Source: a virus (Duplodnaviria; Caudoviricetes). From it: DNA of 35,587 bases. The notes under the pieces were generated by a model. That model worked only from the letters and a program-made list of their open reading frames with translations, did no database searches and was not told where the DNA came from. Below are positions 6,426 through 17,084 of this stretch, piece after piece (position 1 is the stretch's first letter; the number at the start of each line of letters is the position of its first letter). The stretch is taken from IMG/VR virus record IMGVR_UViG_3300001450_000115, positions 1 through 35,587 of that record. The stretch is one strand, 5' to 3'. A program made the translations under genes and the position numbers.

Positions 6426-9400
6426 ATGTCAGATAGTAAAGTAAAAATCTCTAATATTCTGGAAAGTCAACTTCCAGAATTTATTTTAGATGACAATCCG
6501 ATTTTTAAAGACTTTTTGGAGCAATACTATCTGTCTCAGGAAAGTGAGTATGGAACAGTAAGTCTTGCCGAAAATATTACGGATTTAAAGAATATTGATA
6601 GTTTTGTAAATCTTAAATTTACACAAACTACGCCAAAACTGACTAAATTTACTGGAAACAATGATGATGTTATTGAAGTCACCAATCATTTAGGATTTTT
6701 ACCGAAAAACGGACTTGTAAAGATTGAAAATGAGATTTTTACATATACTGGCAAAACTTCTTTTGCTCAGAAGGTTGCTGGATTTGACCTGAATGGCAAT
6801 ACCATCAAACTGACATCTACTGTTGGATTAGAATCGTTTAGAGCACAGACTATCATTTTTGATACATCATTTTCGACTATTGTTGCTGGTCAGGTTTATT
6901 ATGTAAGTGAAGTTATAGATTCAAACACTATTACAATTTCTGATAATGAAAATGCTCTTGATGATATATTGAACCTTGATGGATCCAACCCAGTAGGAGC
7001 AACACTTCCTACTGTTACCAATTTTGCCTTTACTGGATGTATCAGAGGTTTTTCTGGTATCGATAATGTCAGTAATGGTGAATTTTTAAATTTCACTTCC
7101 AGTCAGTCTGGATTTCATGATGCAGGAGCACCTCTTACTAATCTTGGTTTAGTATTTTTAGCAGAATTTTTCAGAAAGTATAAAAAGTTATTTTTACCAG
7201 GAATTGAGGACAGACAGTTCCAGAGCGTTAATATTGATAATATTCTCTCAAGGGCAAGGGACTTCTATAGTTCAAAGGGAACCGACACATCATTGAAGAT
7301 TCTTTTCAGTGTTTTGTTTGGAAAATTTGTTGAAATTGTAAAACCATTTGATAATACAATTCGAGCATCATCTGCTGAGTTCTCACTTTCAGATATTTTA
7401 GTGGTCGAAACTATCAGTGGGGATTCAACTAAACTAGCAGAAACGACTGTATTGCAAGGATCAACCGATACTCCAACTGCAAAGGGTGTTATTTCAAGAG
7501 TTGAACCTGTGCTCTCAAATGGAAAGTATTTTTATAAGTTATTCTTTCCCAAAAATACGATTGAAAATACATTCAATGTCAGTAAGAAGACCAAAGTTTT
7601 AGGTATTGGTATTACAGATACAACTCTGACTGTAGATTCCACTATTGGATTCCCAGAAAATGGTTCATTCCTTAATCCCGATAATGATGGGTTAACAGCA
7701 GTCACATATACTGGTAAGAGTGCCAATCAATTCTTTAATTGTGTAGGACTGTCTACTACCCTTGTAGAGAATGATCCTATTACTGATGGAAACTATATTT
7801 TTGGTTACGAAGACAATGATATTTCCAAACTCGTTACAATGCGAATTGTTGGCACCATTGTAGGAGTTGCAGATAATAAAAATACTACAAGTCAGTTCAG
7901 AAAGGGAGATGTGCTGTCTGTAAAACACCTTGGCGAGAAGGTAAACGAAGAAGACGTAAGATTCAACAGATGGTTCTACAATAATGTAGTAATTACTCAT
8001 GTTGATAGTGTTATTGGATCATCTTCTCTTAAAACTGTAGTTGATCACCATTTAAATCTTGGAGATAAAGTAGATATTCTATTGATGAATGATAAGAGTG
8101 TCAAAGAAACAAATTGTACAGTTAGTGATGTAATCAATACAAAGCAATTTTCGGTCACCGGAAATAGTCTTTCTTTTGATATAAACACAAGGTATATCAT
8201 CAAGAAAAAACTTGACTTTGCAAGTGTAAATTTCAATAAGGATGGCATTTTATCAAATATTCAAAATACCTTTGTTGATGTAGAAAAGAACGCATATGTT
8301 GCATTCTCGGGTCTTCCTGGTTACAATAACGTAACAGTTACTGACAGATCTAAGACATTCTCTGGTAGTAATATAAACACAACTGATGGCGCAATTACTA
8401 TCAGTAATCATAACTTTAAATCTGGTGAACAATTATACTATCAATCAATTTCTGGAACTTCCGGTATTTCAACAGGAAATTATTTTGCTTCTATAATTGA
8501 TACAAATACCATAAAATTAGCATTCAGTCGTGCTGCTGTTAGTAATCAAATTTATGTTAATATTACTGACAGTGAATCCACCAGTGAGCATAAATTGATT
8601 CCATCTTCCCTATTTGGAAAGAATATAGTTAATCAGAATAATTTTAAAAGAATTAATAGAATACCAAAACAAGCACTTGATCATAAAGATATTGTTGGAC
8701 CAATCGGTCTTTCTCTGAATGGTGTCGAATTACACTCACCAATTTCAAACGATTCGATATTCTATGGTCAGATAGACAAAATTAATATTTTAAATTCTGG
8801 AACTGATTATGATGTTATAAATCCACCACAAATTAGAGTTGCAGATACTAATGGAGGCAATGGTGCTACTTTTATAGGACAATTCAAAGGAAAAGTTGAA
8901 GATGTCGTTCTTACTTCTTCTGGTTTCAATTTTAAAGGTACTCCTTCTGTAACAATCTCTGGAGGAAATGGAACAGAGGCGATTGCTGAAGCAAGAATGA
9001 GAGGATTGACTTATACTGTCACTTTTGTTGATAATGCACGAACTCAAAATTCCGATACAATCAATATACCAGGACATAGATTCTCAGACGGAGAAGAAGT
9101 TGTATATTCTAGTTCAGGAACTCCCATTGGTGCTGGTAGTACTTCTGTTGGATTTAGTACAACCAGACTGACATCTGGTGCAGTATATTTCATTGCGAAG
9201 ATTGATGATGATCATGTTTCACTTTCTGTTACAAAGGAAAAGGCATTATCTAAAACTGTAATTAATATGAATGCCTTTGGAAATGGCACTCATAAATTTA
9301 CATCAAAAGTAATTAGAAAAATTATTGATAGAATCAATATTATAAAATCTACTGATGATTTCTCCAACAAGAGAGTAGTTGTAGATGCCGTAGCATGGCC

Positions 9401-12400
9401 ACCAGCAAATCAGAAGGATATTTATAGTTCTTTCGTTGGGGTCAACATTGGATCCAATTATATCTATGCAAGAAATCATTCTTTCAAAACTGGTGAGAAC
9501 TTAGAGTATTCATTTGATGGTACTGCTATTGGTGGAATATCGACAGCGGTAAATTATAAGGCAACTGTTCTGGATGAAGATAGATTCATTCTAAGTGAAG
9601 CAGGAACAGCAACCACTATCAGTAGTGTAAATTTTGATACAAAAACATATGTAAACTTTACCAGCGTGGGTGTAGGTACACATACATTTAAGTACCCGGC
9701 AATATCTATTACAATCAATGGTGTTGTTTCTACTGGAGATACTAGCGTCACTCCTTCATACTATAAATCTATTGGCGTTCCTGTGGTTCGTGGAAGTCTT
9801 GATAACGTATTCATTAGAAATGGCGGTGGTGGATATGGTATACCCAATGTAATCAACTATCAGAGAGATCTGGATATTGAGGTTCAGACAGGAAGAGAAG
9901 CAGATGTTAGAGCAATTGTTGTTGGTGGAAAGTTAACTTCAGTATATATTGCAAATTCGGGTTTAAATTATACATCTCCTCCAGCAATTAATGTTGTTGG
10001 TTCAGGTAGGTTGGCAGAACTCAATTCTACTATTGTAGATGGTGCTATCACAGCAATTGATATTATTAATGCTGGTATTGGATATGACGAAAATACAATA
10101 ATCGAAGTGATTCCATCTGGTGTGGATGCAAAGTTGAATGCCGAAATTCATGAATGGAAATTTAATAATGTTGAAAGGTACAACAAAGTACTTGAACTCG
10201 ATAATGCCGCAATACCCAAAATAGATAGACTTAATAGAGAATTAGTTCAAATCAGTTCCGGAACTGATCTGAACGAATCTAAGGTAGTTGCTTTCTATCC
10301 TGGAGCATTTTATCGTCAACTATTAGGCGATAATGTTGATTCTAATGGAGATGAAATTATCACAGGTTTTTCCCATTCTCCAATACTTGGATGGGCATAC
10401 GATGGCAATCCAATCTATGGTCCATATGGTCATGCAATTCCACTTTTTAAAGATGGTCAAAGTACTGGTGGAAATAAGAAAATCTTTTCAAGTTATGAAA
10501 TTGATTCAGAAACTGTCGGTACACTCAGACCATCTGGATTTGTTGAGGGATCTTTCACACAAGATTATCTATATAAAGCAAGTGGTGATCTTGACGAATA
10601 TAATGGAAGATTTTGCAAAACTCCAGAATTTCCCGAAGGGACATATGCATACTTCTCTAGTCTAGATTTTAGTGGCAATCTTGCATATCCATACATTACA
10701 AAGTCACATTATAATCAAACCGACTTATTCAACTATGACAATACTATTGATCAACGTGATTCAATTTTGAATGATGGTTCTTACAAAAGAAATGTAACTC
10801 ACCTTGGAATAAATGAGTTGTCTAGAGAATATCCATTCTTACAAGATTCTATATCATCTAAGGTAGAAGTTGTTGTAGATGCGGTTAAATCTTCTAGAAT
10901 AGATGATGTTGATATACTTAAATCTGGTATTAACTATAAGGTTGGTGAACAAATCAATTTCAATGAACCATCAATTGACGTAGAGGTTGAACAAGTTATA
11001 GGTGAAAATATTGTTTCTATCGGAACTAGTGATGTTGTACTAAAAAATACCATTTTTAGTGTGATAGGCAATGTAGTAACTGGTGTTACTACAATTCCAC
11101 ATGGTTTTCTTGATAGTGATATTATTGAAATTTCTGGTATTGGTTCTGCAACCTATAAAAATATTGAAGGTTTTAGAACGATTGGGGTAGGTACAGTTCT
11201 AACCAATATGAAAGTTGCTGTTGCCGCTACTACGACAACAGGTATCAGCACTGTAATTTCACTACAAGCTTCTACGTTTACAGAAAGATTCGTAGAAGAT
11301 GATATTATCAAGGTTGGTGGTGAGTTAATGAAAATTGTCGGCGTTGATACCGTCAATGACAGATATAGAATTACAAGAATTGTCAATAATAGCACTGCTA
11401 GTACTCACTCTATAGGAGATTTAGTAGTTAAGCAACCACAGACGTTTAATTTTCTTCTTGATAAAAAGTTAGAAAATAAGAATTTAAGTCTTCCATACAA
11501 GCAAAACTTTGAAGTTTCTGCTGTTGGTATAGGTTCTACTTATACTTCAATTGTTGTTGGAGTTGCTGGAAGCACAAATATCACAGTTTCGATTCCACCA
11601 AATGCAATCTATCTGAGAAATCATCAGTTTAAAACTGGTGATGAACTGAGTATTACTTCTATTGGAGGTACAATTCGTGCTGCTACAACTGCTTCACTTT
11701 CTCCTTTCTTTGATATTTCTACAACTAATCTCTTTGCAGTCAATGTAGGAACTGATTTTATTGGAATTTCAACCTCTAAGGCATTCGTTGGAATTAATTC
11801 CACTCTCTTCTTCGTCGATGCTTCTAGTGGAAATAGTCATACATTATCACAGGTAAAGGATAATATTACGGGTATTGTTAAGAAGGTATCTGCTAGGGTT
11901 GAGACTACTGCAGCACATGGAGTACAAAAAGGAGATGACGTTAGGTTACATATAACTCCTAATGAAGTTCAACAGTTCGTATTTAAGTTCAATCCAGTTC
12001 TAAAAAAACTGGTTGTTAATCCTAAAACTTTTGCTCCTGCTGGAATTGTAACTGCAACTACATCGGAAATTACAGCAGTAAATCACGGATTAAAAACCGG
12101 TGATGTTGTTGCTTATGTAAATGCTGTTGGTGTTGCAACACCTCTTCAGAGCAATAGAGAGTATTATGTAATTAAGATAAGCAACGACAGATTTAGACTT
12201 GCAGAAAGAGATTTTGATGCAAGAGCATTCCCCTATCAAAACATTACTATAACTGAGCAGGGACATGGAACTCATGAAGTTTCAAAAATAAATCCAAAGT
12301 TAGATGTTATAAATGGTGGAAAATTTGCAATTAATACTGGAGATACAAGTCTCTCTGGATTTGATATCAATTTTTATAACGATAGAGAGTTCCAATCTAG

Positions 12401-15400
12401 ATATGAATCTACTTTGATCACGAGAGACGGAATTATCGGTGATGGTAGTCCTACCACACAGATTATAATTGATATCAACAAAAATCTTTCATCTAGTTTC
12501 TATTACAGACTTGAAGGAGATGATACCAAATACACAGATACATATCCAACATCTACAGATGTAAGTGTAGAGAATTATTCCAATATCCGCATAGTAGACT
12601 CCAAGTTTAATCAAAACTATAAAGTTGCCTCAATTGGAGTAGGCACTGATTACTCCTTTGGATTTACTTTAGTTGGGTCTGCCGAGACAAACTCATATAC
12701 TCCTGCAGGATATAGCACTGGATTCTATTCCACTAGTTCCCCAACTGCAATTGGTGGAATTCATTCAACTAAAATTATAAATGGTGGCGTCAATGTTAAA
12801 GATTTTCCAGCAATTACATCCATAGGAACTACTACAGGAGTTTCTGCAGAACTGCAGTTAAGTAACACAGAAATTGGTAAAATTATAGATGGGACAATTT
12901 TCTACTCTGGAATTGAATTCTCAGAAGATAATACTATCAAACCAAAAGCAGATAGTCCTCTTATTTTGAAACTTAAGAATATTAAAACATTGAAAACAGT
13001 TGGTATTGTTACTGCTGGAAATGACTATAATGTTCCACCAAAAGTAATTGCAATTGGAAATGATAATATCATCACCAAATCGACACTTACAGGTGGTTCT
13101 GTTGGTGAAGTTGAAGTTATTAGTAGTGATAGTAACTTAGAAGATAATCTCAAAATTATTGCAACTAATAACTCAAATGGAGTTGGTGTTATTGGCGCTA
13201 ATTCTTCTAATGGTGTAAATGAACTTCTCCTTAGAGCACCAAATATTGGATTTGGAATTACTAATCCGTTCCCATTCAATATTGGAGACAAAATTTTTAT
13301 AGAGAATGTTCAGATCACTAATCCTGCTCTTGCAGATGGTTATAATTCAAGCGATTATAATTACCAATTCTTTGAAGTGACTGCTCGCAATACTGCTAGT
13401 GGAACTGAAAGTATCAGTTATAATATTACTGGTTTAGGTGTTACCGGTGGTACTTATAATATTGCTCAGAATGCACAATTCGGTAGAATTATCAAGGTAA
13501 GTGATCTTGCAACATTTATTCCGGAATTCCAATCTGTAAGATTTATAGAAGGTGAAAAAATTGTTGATATTAACGATCCAAATGTATTTGGTGTTGTATC
13601 AAAGAATGGTTGGGATGAAGAATCAAGTATATTGAGACTCAATGAAGTTATTGGTAAATTTACTGAAACATCAGTTATTCGTGGTATTATAGGTAACTTT
13701 AAGGCAACTATTTCAGAAGTAAATGAATCTGATTTTGATTTAAATGTAGGAAGTGTTTCATCTGATAATGGAATATGGACGAATGATATTGGCAAATTGA
13801 ATGATAATCTTCAGAGACTTCATGACAATGATTATTATCAAAAATTCTCTTATAGTATTCGTGGCGAAATTGAATTGGATAAGTGGAAAGAGTCTGTGAA
13901 TAGTCTAGATCATACTGCTGGTTACAAGAATTTTTCAGATTTACAGATTATTACATTACCAGAAAGGGGGGCAAATGTAAAACAACCTGAACAAGAACTC
14001 AACCTTAACGTTGAAATTAATAGTAATTCATCAGTACATACGAGAATAAGTTATGATCTTGCATCTGAAGATACAGATTCAACAAGTCTTTCAAAGATTA
14101 TCAAATTTGACTCTAAGATAATTACTGACTATAACGAATCTAGAACTAATAAAGTTTTAATGATAGACGATATTAGTTCTCAGTTTAATGGAGTTGGAAA
14201 CTCTGCTGGTCAACTTGTTGGTCTGAGCACTTTCGCTATATTCAACAATAACAATTCACTACTTCACTATTCGATAAATCCTACAACTGGTGTTGCTGCC
14301 AGCACAATTACAATTACAGATCATAACTTTAATACCGGTGAAGAACTTGTATATGACCCAACAAATGCTGGTATCAATACTGGATCTTCTATGAGCATCA
14401 CATCTATTAATGTTCCTGGTATTGGTGTTACTAATCTTCTTCCTGAAAAAGTATTTGCAATTAGAATAAGTAACAATGAATTTAAAGTTGCTGTTGCTAC
14501 AACAGAAGCATTTAATGGAAATCATGTAACATTTACCAATAGAACTGGAATTGGTCTCACTCAGTCATTCTCAACAGAGGGTGATCTTGCAACCACTAGA
14601 AGTATAATCACGATTGACAATATCATTCAAAGTCCTATTGCAGTAAAACCAGTAGGAGTTGCTATCACTATGTCAGAGTCTGTTGGAGTTGGTTCAACTC
14701 AAATTACAGTCAGTAATATATCAAAGATTGCAGGTAAGTCTCTACTTCGATTTGGAACTGGAGAAATCGTTAAAGTTGATTTAGTGGGAGCAGGCAATGT
14801 CCTTAATGTTCAGCGTGGAGTAATGGGTACTGTTGCCGCAGCATATACTGTTGGCACCGCCAGTAGCGTCGTCTCAGGCGATTATAGAATCAAACAAGGT
14901 AAGATTTATTTAAGTGACGCACCATATGGACCTGCAGGTATTGGATCTCTACCAACTCGGTCGAATTTTTCGGGCAGAATTTTCTATAGATTAACATACA
15001 ATGAAAATACAATTTTCGATGATATCTCGGATTCATTCAATAGTACTACTGATCAATTTACAATAACCAGTAGTGGTGTTGCAGTAACTGGTATTACTAC
15101 TAGTCATGGTGCAGTCCTAATCAATAATATTTTCCAAAAACCATTCCTATCACCAATTGGTTCTGTCTTGGTCTCTAATTATGAGATTAAGAAAACTATT
15201 AGTGGAGAAGATATTGATTTCAGCGGAACTGCAGTAGTTGGAGATCTTCCTCACGGCGGCATAATCAACGAGTTTATAGTTGGAGTTGGTAGTGGATATC
15301 AATTCCCAACTCGTGCTATTGGTGCTGCAGTTGTAAATGGTTCTGGTGTAATCACAGGAGTTACAGTTGGTGTTGGTAGCACCGGTATTCGTTCCGGTGG

Positions 15401-17051
15401 TTCTGGTCACATATTTCCACCAAATGTTTCAATTGCTGATTCTTTGGGTGGTGGATCTGGTGCTGCTGTAACTGCAATTATTGGTACTGCTGGAACAGTT
15501 ACTGGGTTTAGTGTTGTATCGGGTGGTACTGGATATACTCAAGCAAATCCACCTCAAGTATTCACAGATGAACCTGCACCATATAAAAATCTTACACTAG
15601 TTGGTGGTAGTGCTGGTGTTTCCTCTGCAACAATAGATGTTGTTGTTGGAACTGGTGGTAGTATAGTCAGTTTCGATATGTCCGATCGTGGTATGGGATA
15701 TAAAGAAGGTGAGGTTCTTACACTTCATGGTCTTCCATTCCAGGTTGGAGTTAGTACATCCAACTTCACTGTAACTGTTAAGAACAAGTATCAGGATAAG
15801 TTCTCTGGATGGACATTCGGTCAACTTCTTGAAGTAGATGACTTTAGTAATCAATTTAATGGTGCTAAAACTCAATTCCTTATTACTAGAACAGAAACTA
15901 ATAAAGAATTTTACAGTATTGTTTCACAAGAAGGATCTGGTCTCATACTTCAAAACAATTTCTTGGTTTTCTTGAATGATGTTCTTCAGAAACCAGGAAT
16001 TGATTATGAATTTAATGGCGGCACGAGATTTAAATTTAAGGAAGCACCAAAAGCAGGAAGCACGTTTAGAATGTACTTCTACACTGGTTCTGATCAAGAC
16101 TATCTAGAAATCAATATCGATCCAACAGTTAAAGATGGTGATCAATTACGACTTCAACGTCAAGATAATTTTGATAGTCAGGAAAGAAGAACTATCTATG
16201 CATTGATTGCTTCTGATACTGTCGAGACTGAAACTTATACAAGTGTTGGTATTAATACTGACAATTCATTCCTGAGACCAGTAGAATGGACCAAGCAAAC
16301 TTCTGATCTTGTTATTGATGGTCTTAGAATTGCTAAGACAAGAATTTATCTTGAACCACTATATTACCCATCAACCAAAGTCATTGCACCCGTTGGTCCC
16401 ACAGATACTACAATATATGCTGAAGATGTTTGGTCATTTGAAAAAATTGATAATCTTGGACAAACACTCAATGATATCAAAATCGTAGGTACAACAGGAG
16501 TTGGATTGACTATTCCAGTTGTCGAAAAAGTAAAATCAGTTAGTTATGTTGGTGACTATGGAAATATTAACGATGTTACGACTGCTACATCTGGAGTTAA
16601 CTCATTACCAACAATTATATTTGACTTCTATCCGCACCCACAAATTTATTCTAACTCAGGAACTCCAGGTACGATTCAAAAAACTGGTATTTCTACAGGA
16701 GATTACTTCGTAGTTAGAAATACTTGCATTGGTACTGGTGTTACTTCAATCGATGGTGATGTGTCAACTATTGTTGGAAATGGAACATCTTTTATTGATA
16801 ATGTTTATCGTGCTGCTCAAGTCGTATCTATTGGTGGAACAGATACAATTCGCGTATCTACAAATGTTCTTTCTTTGGTGGGAGTAAATACTGCTTACAA
16901 TCTCAAAACCTATGGATCGTTTAGTTGGGGTAAGATAAATATAGGAAGTAGGAATGGATCCGAATTTGTATTCCAAAAAGATGATCCACTTTCTGGTATT
17001 AGTACTTCAGCACACATTTCACGAACTACTGAATTAAAATCACAGTACTAA
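6426..17051 (+). CDS. gp7: Giant baseplate wedge initiator / gp7-like structural protein (3541 aa)
   Basis: Lies between gp6 and gp8. Contains QLPEFI...FLEQYY, RDFYSSKGT..SLKILF and LHDNDYYQKFSYSI...HTAG motifs, a YHYH-like segment and many beta-rich repeats. Confidence 0.8.
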   Translation: MSDSKVKISNILESQLPEFILDDNPIFKDFLEQYYLSQESEYGTVSLAENITDLKNIDSFVNLKFTQTTPKLTKFTGNNDDVIEVTNHLGFLPKNGLVKIENEIFTYTGKTSFAQKVAGFDLNGNTIKLTSTVGLESFRAQTIIFDTSFSTIVAGQVYYVSEVIDSNTITISDNENALDDILNLDGSNPVGATLPTVTNFAFTGCIRGFSGIDNVSNGEFLNFTSSQSGFHDAGAPLTNLGLVFLAEFFRKYKKLFLPGIEDRQFQSVNIDNILSRARDFYSSKGTDTSLKILFSVLFGKFVEIVKPFDNTIRASSAEFSLSDILVVETISGDSTKLAETTVLQGSTDTPTAKGVISRVEPVLSNGKYFYKLFFPKNTIENTFNVSKKTKVLGIGITDTTLTVDSTIGFPENGSFLNPDNDGLTAVTYTGKSANQFFNCVGLSTTLVENDPITDGNYIFGYEDNDISKLVTMRIVGTIVGVADNKNTTSQFRKGDVLSVKHLGEKVNEEDVRFNRWFYNNVVITHVDSVIGSSSLKTVVDHHLNLGDKVDILLMNDKSVKETNCTVSDVINTKQFSVTGNSLSFDINTRYIIKKKLDFASVNFNKDGILSNIQNTFVDVEKNAYVAFSGLPGYNNVTVTDRSKTFSGSNINTTDGAITISNHNFKSGEQLYYQSISGTSGISTGNYFASIIDTNTIKLAFSRAAVSNQIYVNITDSESTSEHKLIPSSLFGKNIVNQNNFKRINRIPKQALDHKDIVGPIGLSLNGVELHSPISNDSIFYGQIDKINILNSGTDYDVINPPQIRVADTNGGNGATFIGQFKGKVEDVVLTSSGFNFKGTPSVTISGGNGTEAIAEARMRGLTYTVTFVDNARTQNSDTINIPGHRFSDGEEVVYSSSGTPIGAGSTSVGFSTTRLTSGAVYFIAKIDDDHVSLSVTKEKALSKTVINMNAFGNGTHKFTSKVIRKIIDRINIIKSTDDFSNKRVVVDAVAWPPANQKDIYSSFVGVNIGSNYIYARNHSFKTGENLEYSFDGTAIGGISTAVNYKATVLDEDRFILSEAGTATTISSVNFDTKTYVNFTSVGVGTHTFKYPAISITINGVVSTGDTSVTPSYYKSIGVPVVRGSLDNVFIRNGGGGYGIPNVINYQRDLDIEVQTGREADVRAIVVGGKLTSVYIANSGLNYTSPPAINVVGSGRLAELNSTIVDGAITAIDIINAGIGYDENTIIEVIPSGVDAKLNAEIHEWKFNNVERYNKVLELDNAAIPKIDRLNRELVQISSGTDLNESKVVAFYPGAFYRQLLGDNVDSNGDEIITGFSHSPILGWAYDGNPIYGPYGHAIPLFKDGQSTGGNKKIFSSYEIDSETVGTLRPSGFVEGSFTQDYLYKASGDLDEYNGRFCKTPEFPEGTYAYFSSLDFSGNLAYPYITKSHYNQTDLFNYDNTIDQRDSILNDGSYKRNVTHLGINELSREYPFLQDSISSKVEVVVDAVKSSRIDDVDILKSGINYKVGEQINFNEPSIDVEVEQVIGENIVSIGTSDVVLKNTIFSVIGNVVTGVTTIPHGFLDSDIIEISGIGSATYKNIEGFRTIGVGTVLTNMKVAVAATTTTGISTVISLQASTFTERFVEDDIIKVGGELMKIVGVDTVNDRYRITRIVNNSTASTHSIGDLVVKQPQTFNFLLDKKLENKNLSLPYKQNFEVSAVGIGSTYTSIVVGVAGSTNITVSIPPNAIYLRNHQFKTGDELSITSIGGTIRAATTASLSPFFDISTTNLFAVNVGTDFIGISTSKAFVGINSTLFFVDASSGNSHTLSQVKDNITGIVKKVSARVETTAAHGVQKGDDVRLHITPNEVQQFVFKFNPVLKKLVVNPKTFAPAGIVTATTSEITAVNHGLKTGDVVAYVNAVGVATPLQSNREYYVIKISNDRFRLAERDFDARAFPYQNITITEQGHGTHEVSKINPKLDVINGGKFAINTGDTSLSGFDINFYNDREFQSRYESTLITRDGIIGDGSPTTQIIIDINKNLSSSFYYRLEGDDTKYTDTYPTSTDVSVENYSNIRIVDSKFNQNYKVASIGVGTDYSFGFTLVGSAETNSYTPAGYSTGFYSTSSPTAIGGIHSTKIINGGVNVKDFPAITSIGTTTGVSAELQLSNTEIGKIIDGTIFYSGIEFSEDNTIKPKADSPLILKLKNIKTLKTVGIVTAGNDYNVPPKVIAIGNDNIITKSTLTGGSVGEVEVISSDSNLEDNLKIIATNNSNGVGVIGANSSNGVNELLLRAPNIGFGITNPFPFNIGDKIFIENVQITNPALADGYNSSDYNYQFFEVTARNTASGTESISYNITGLGVTGGTYNIAQNAQFGRIIKVSDLATFIPEFQSVRFIEGEKIVDINDPNVFGVVSKNGWDEESSILRLNEVIGKFTETSVIRGIIGNFKATISEVNESDFDLNVGSVSSDNGIWTNDIGKLNDNLQRLHDNDYYQKFSYSIRGEIELDKWKESVNSLDHTAGYKNFSDLQIITLPERGANVKQPEQELNLNVEINSNSSVHTRISYDLASEDTDSTSLSKIIKFDSKIITDYNESRTNKVLMIDDISSQFNGVGNSAGQLVGLSTFAIFNNNNSLLHYSINPTTGVAASTITITDHNFNTGEELVYDPTNAGINTGSSMSITSINVPGIGVTNLLPEKVFAIRISNNEFKVAVATTEAFNGNHVTFTNRTGIGLTQSFSTEGDLATTRSIITIDNIIQSPIAVKPVGVAITMSESVGVGSTQITVSNISKIAGKSLLRFGTGEIVKVDLVGAGNVLNVQRGVMGTVAAAYTVGTASSVVSGDYRIKQGKIYLSDAPYGPAGIGSLPTRSNFSGRIFYRLTYNENTIFDDISDSFNSTTDQFTITSSGVAVTGITTSHGAVLINNIFQKPFLSPIGSVLVSNYEIKKTISGEDIDFSGTAVVGDLPHGGIINEFIVGVGSGYQFPTRAIGAAVVNGSGVITGVTVGVGSTGIRSGGSGHIFPPNVSIADSLGGGSGAAVTAIIGTAGTVTGFSVVSGGTGYTQANPPQVFTDEPAPYKNLTLVGGSAGVSSATIDVVVGTGGSIVSFDMSDRGMGYKEGEVLTLHGLPFQVGVSTSNFTVTVKNKYQDKFSGWTFGQLLEVDDFSNQFNGAKTQFLITRTETNKEFYSIVSQEGSGLILQNNFLVFLNDVLQKPGIDYEFNGGTRFKFKEAPKAGSTFRMYFYTGSDQDYLEINIDPTVKDGDQLRLQRQDNFDSQERRTIYALIASDTVETETYTSVGINTDNSFLRPVEWTKQTSDLVIDGLRIAKTRIYLEPLYYPSTKVIAPVGPTDTTIYAEDVWSFEKIDNLGQTLNDIKIVGTTGVGLTIPVVEKVKSVSYVGDYGNINDVTTATSGVNSLPTIIFDFYPHPQIYSNSGTPGTIQKTGISTGDYFVVRNTCIGTGVTSIDGDVSTIVGNGTSFIDNVYRAAQVVSIGGTDTIRVSTNVLSLVGVNTAYNLKTYGSFSWGKINIGSRNGSEFVFQKDDPLSGISTSAHISRTTELKSQY

Positions 17052-17057
17052 ACACAG

Positions 17058-17065
17058 TATAAATA
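17058..17065 (+). promoter_or_regulatory. T4 late promoter TATAAATA
   Basis: Exact consensus; intergenic, 19 nt upstream of gp8. Confidence 0.85.
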
Positions 17066-17084
17066 ATCAAAAAATCGGACAGAC

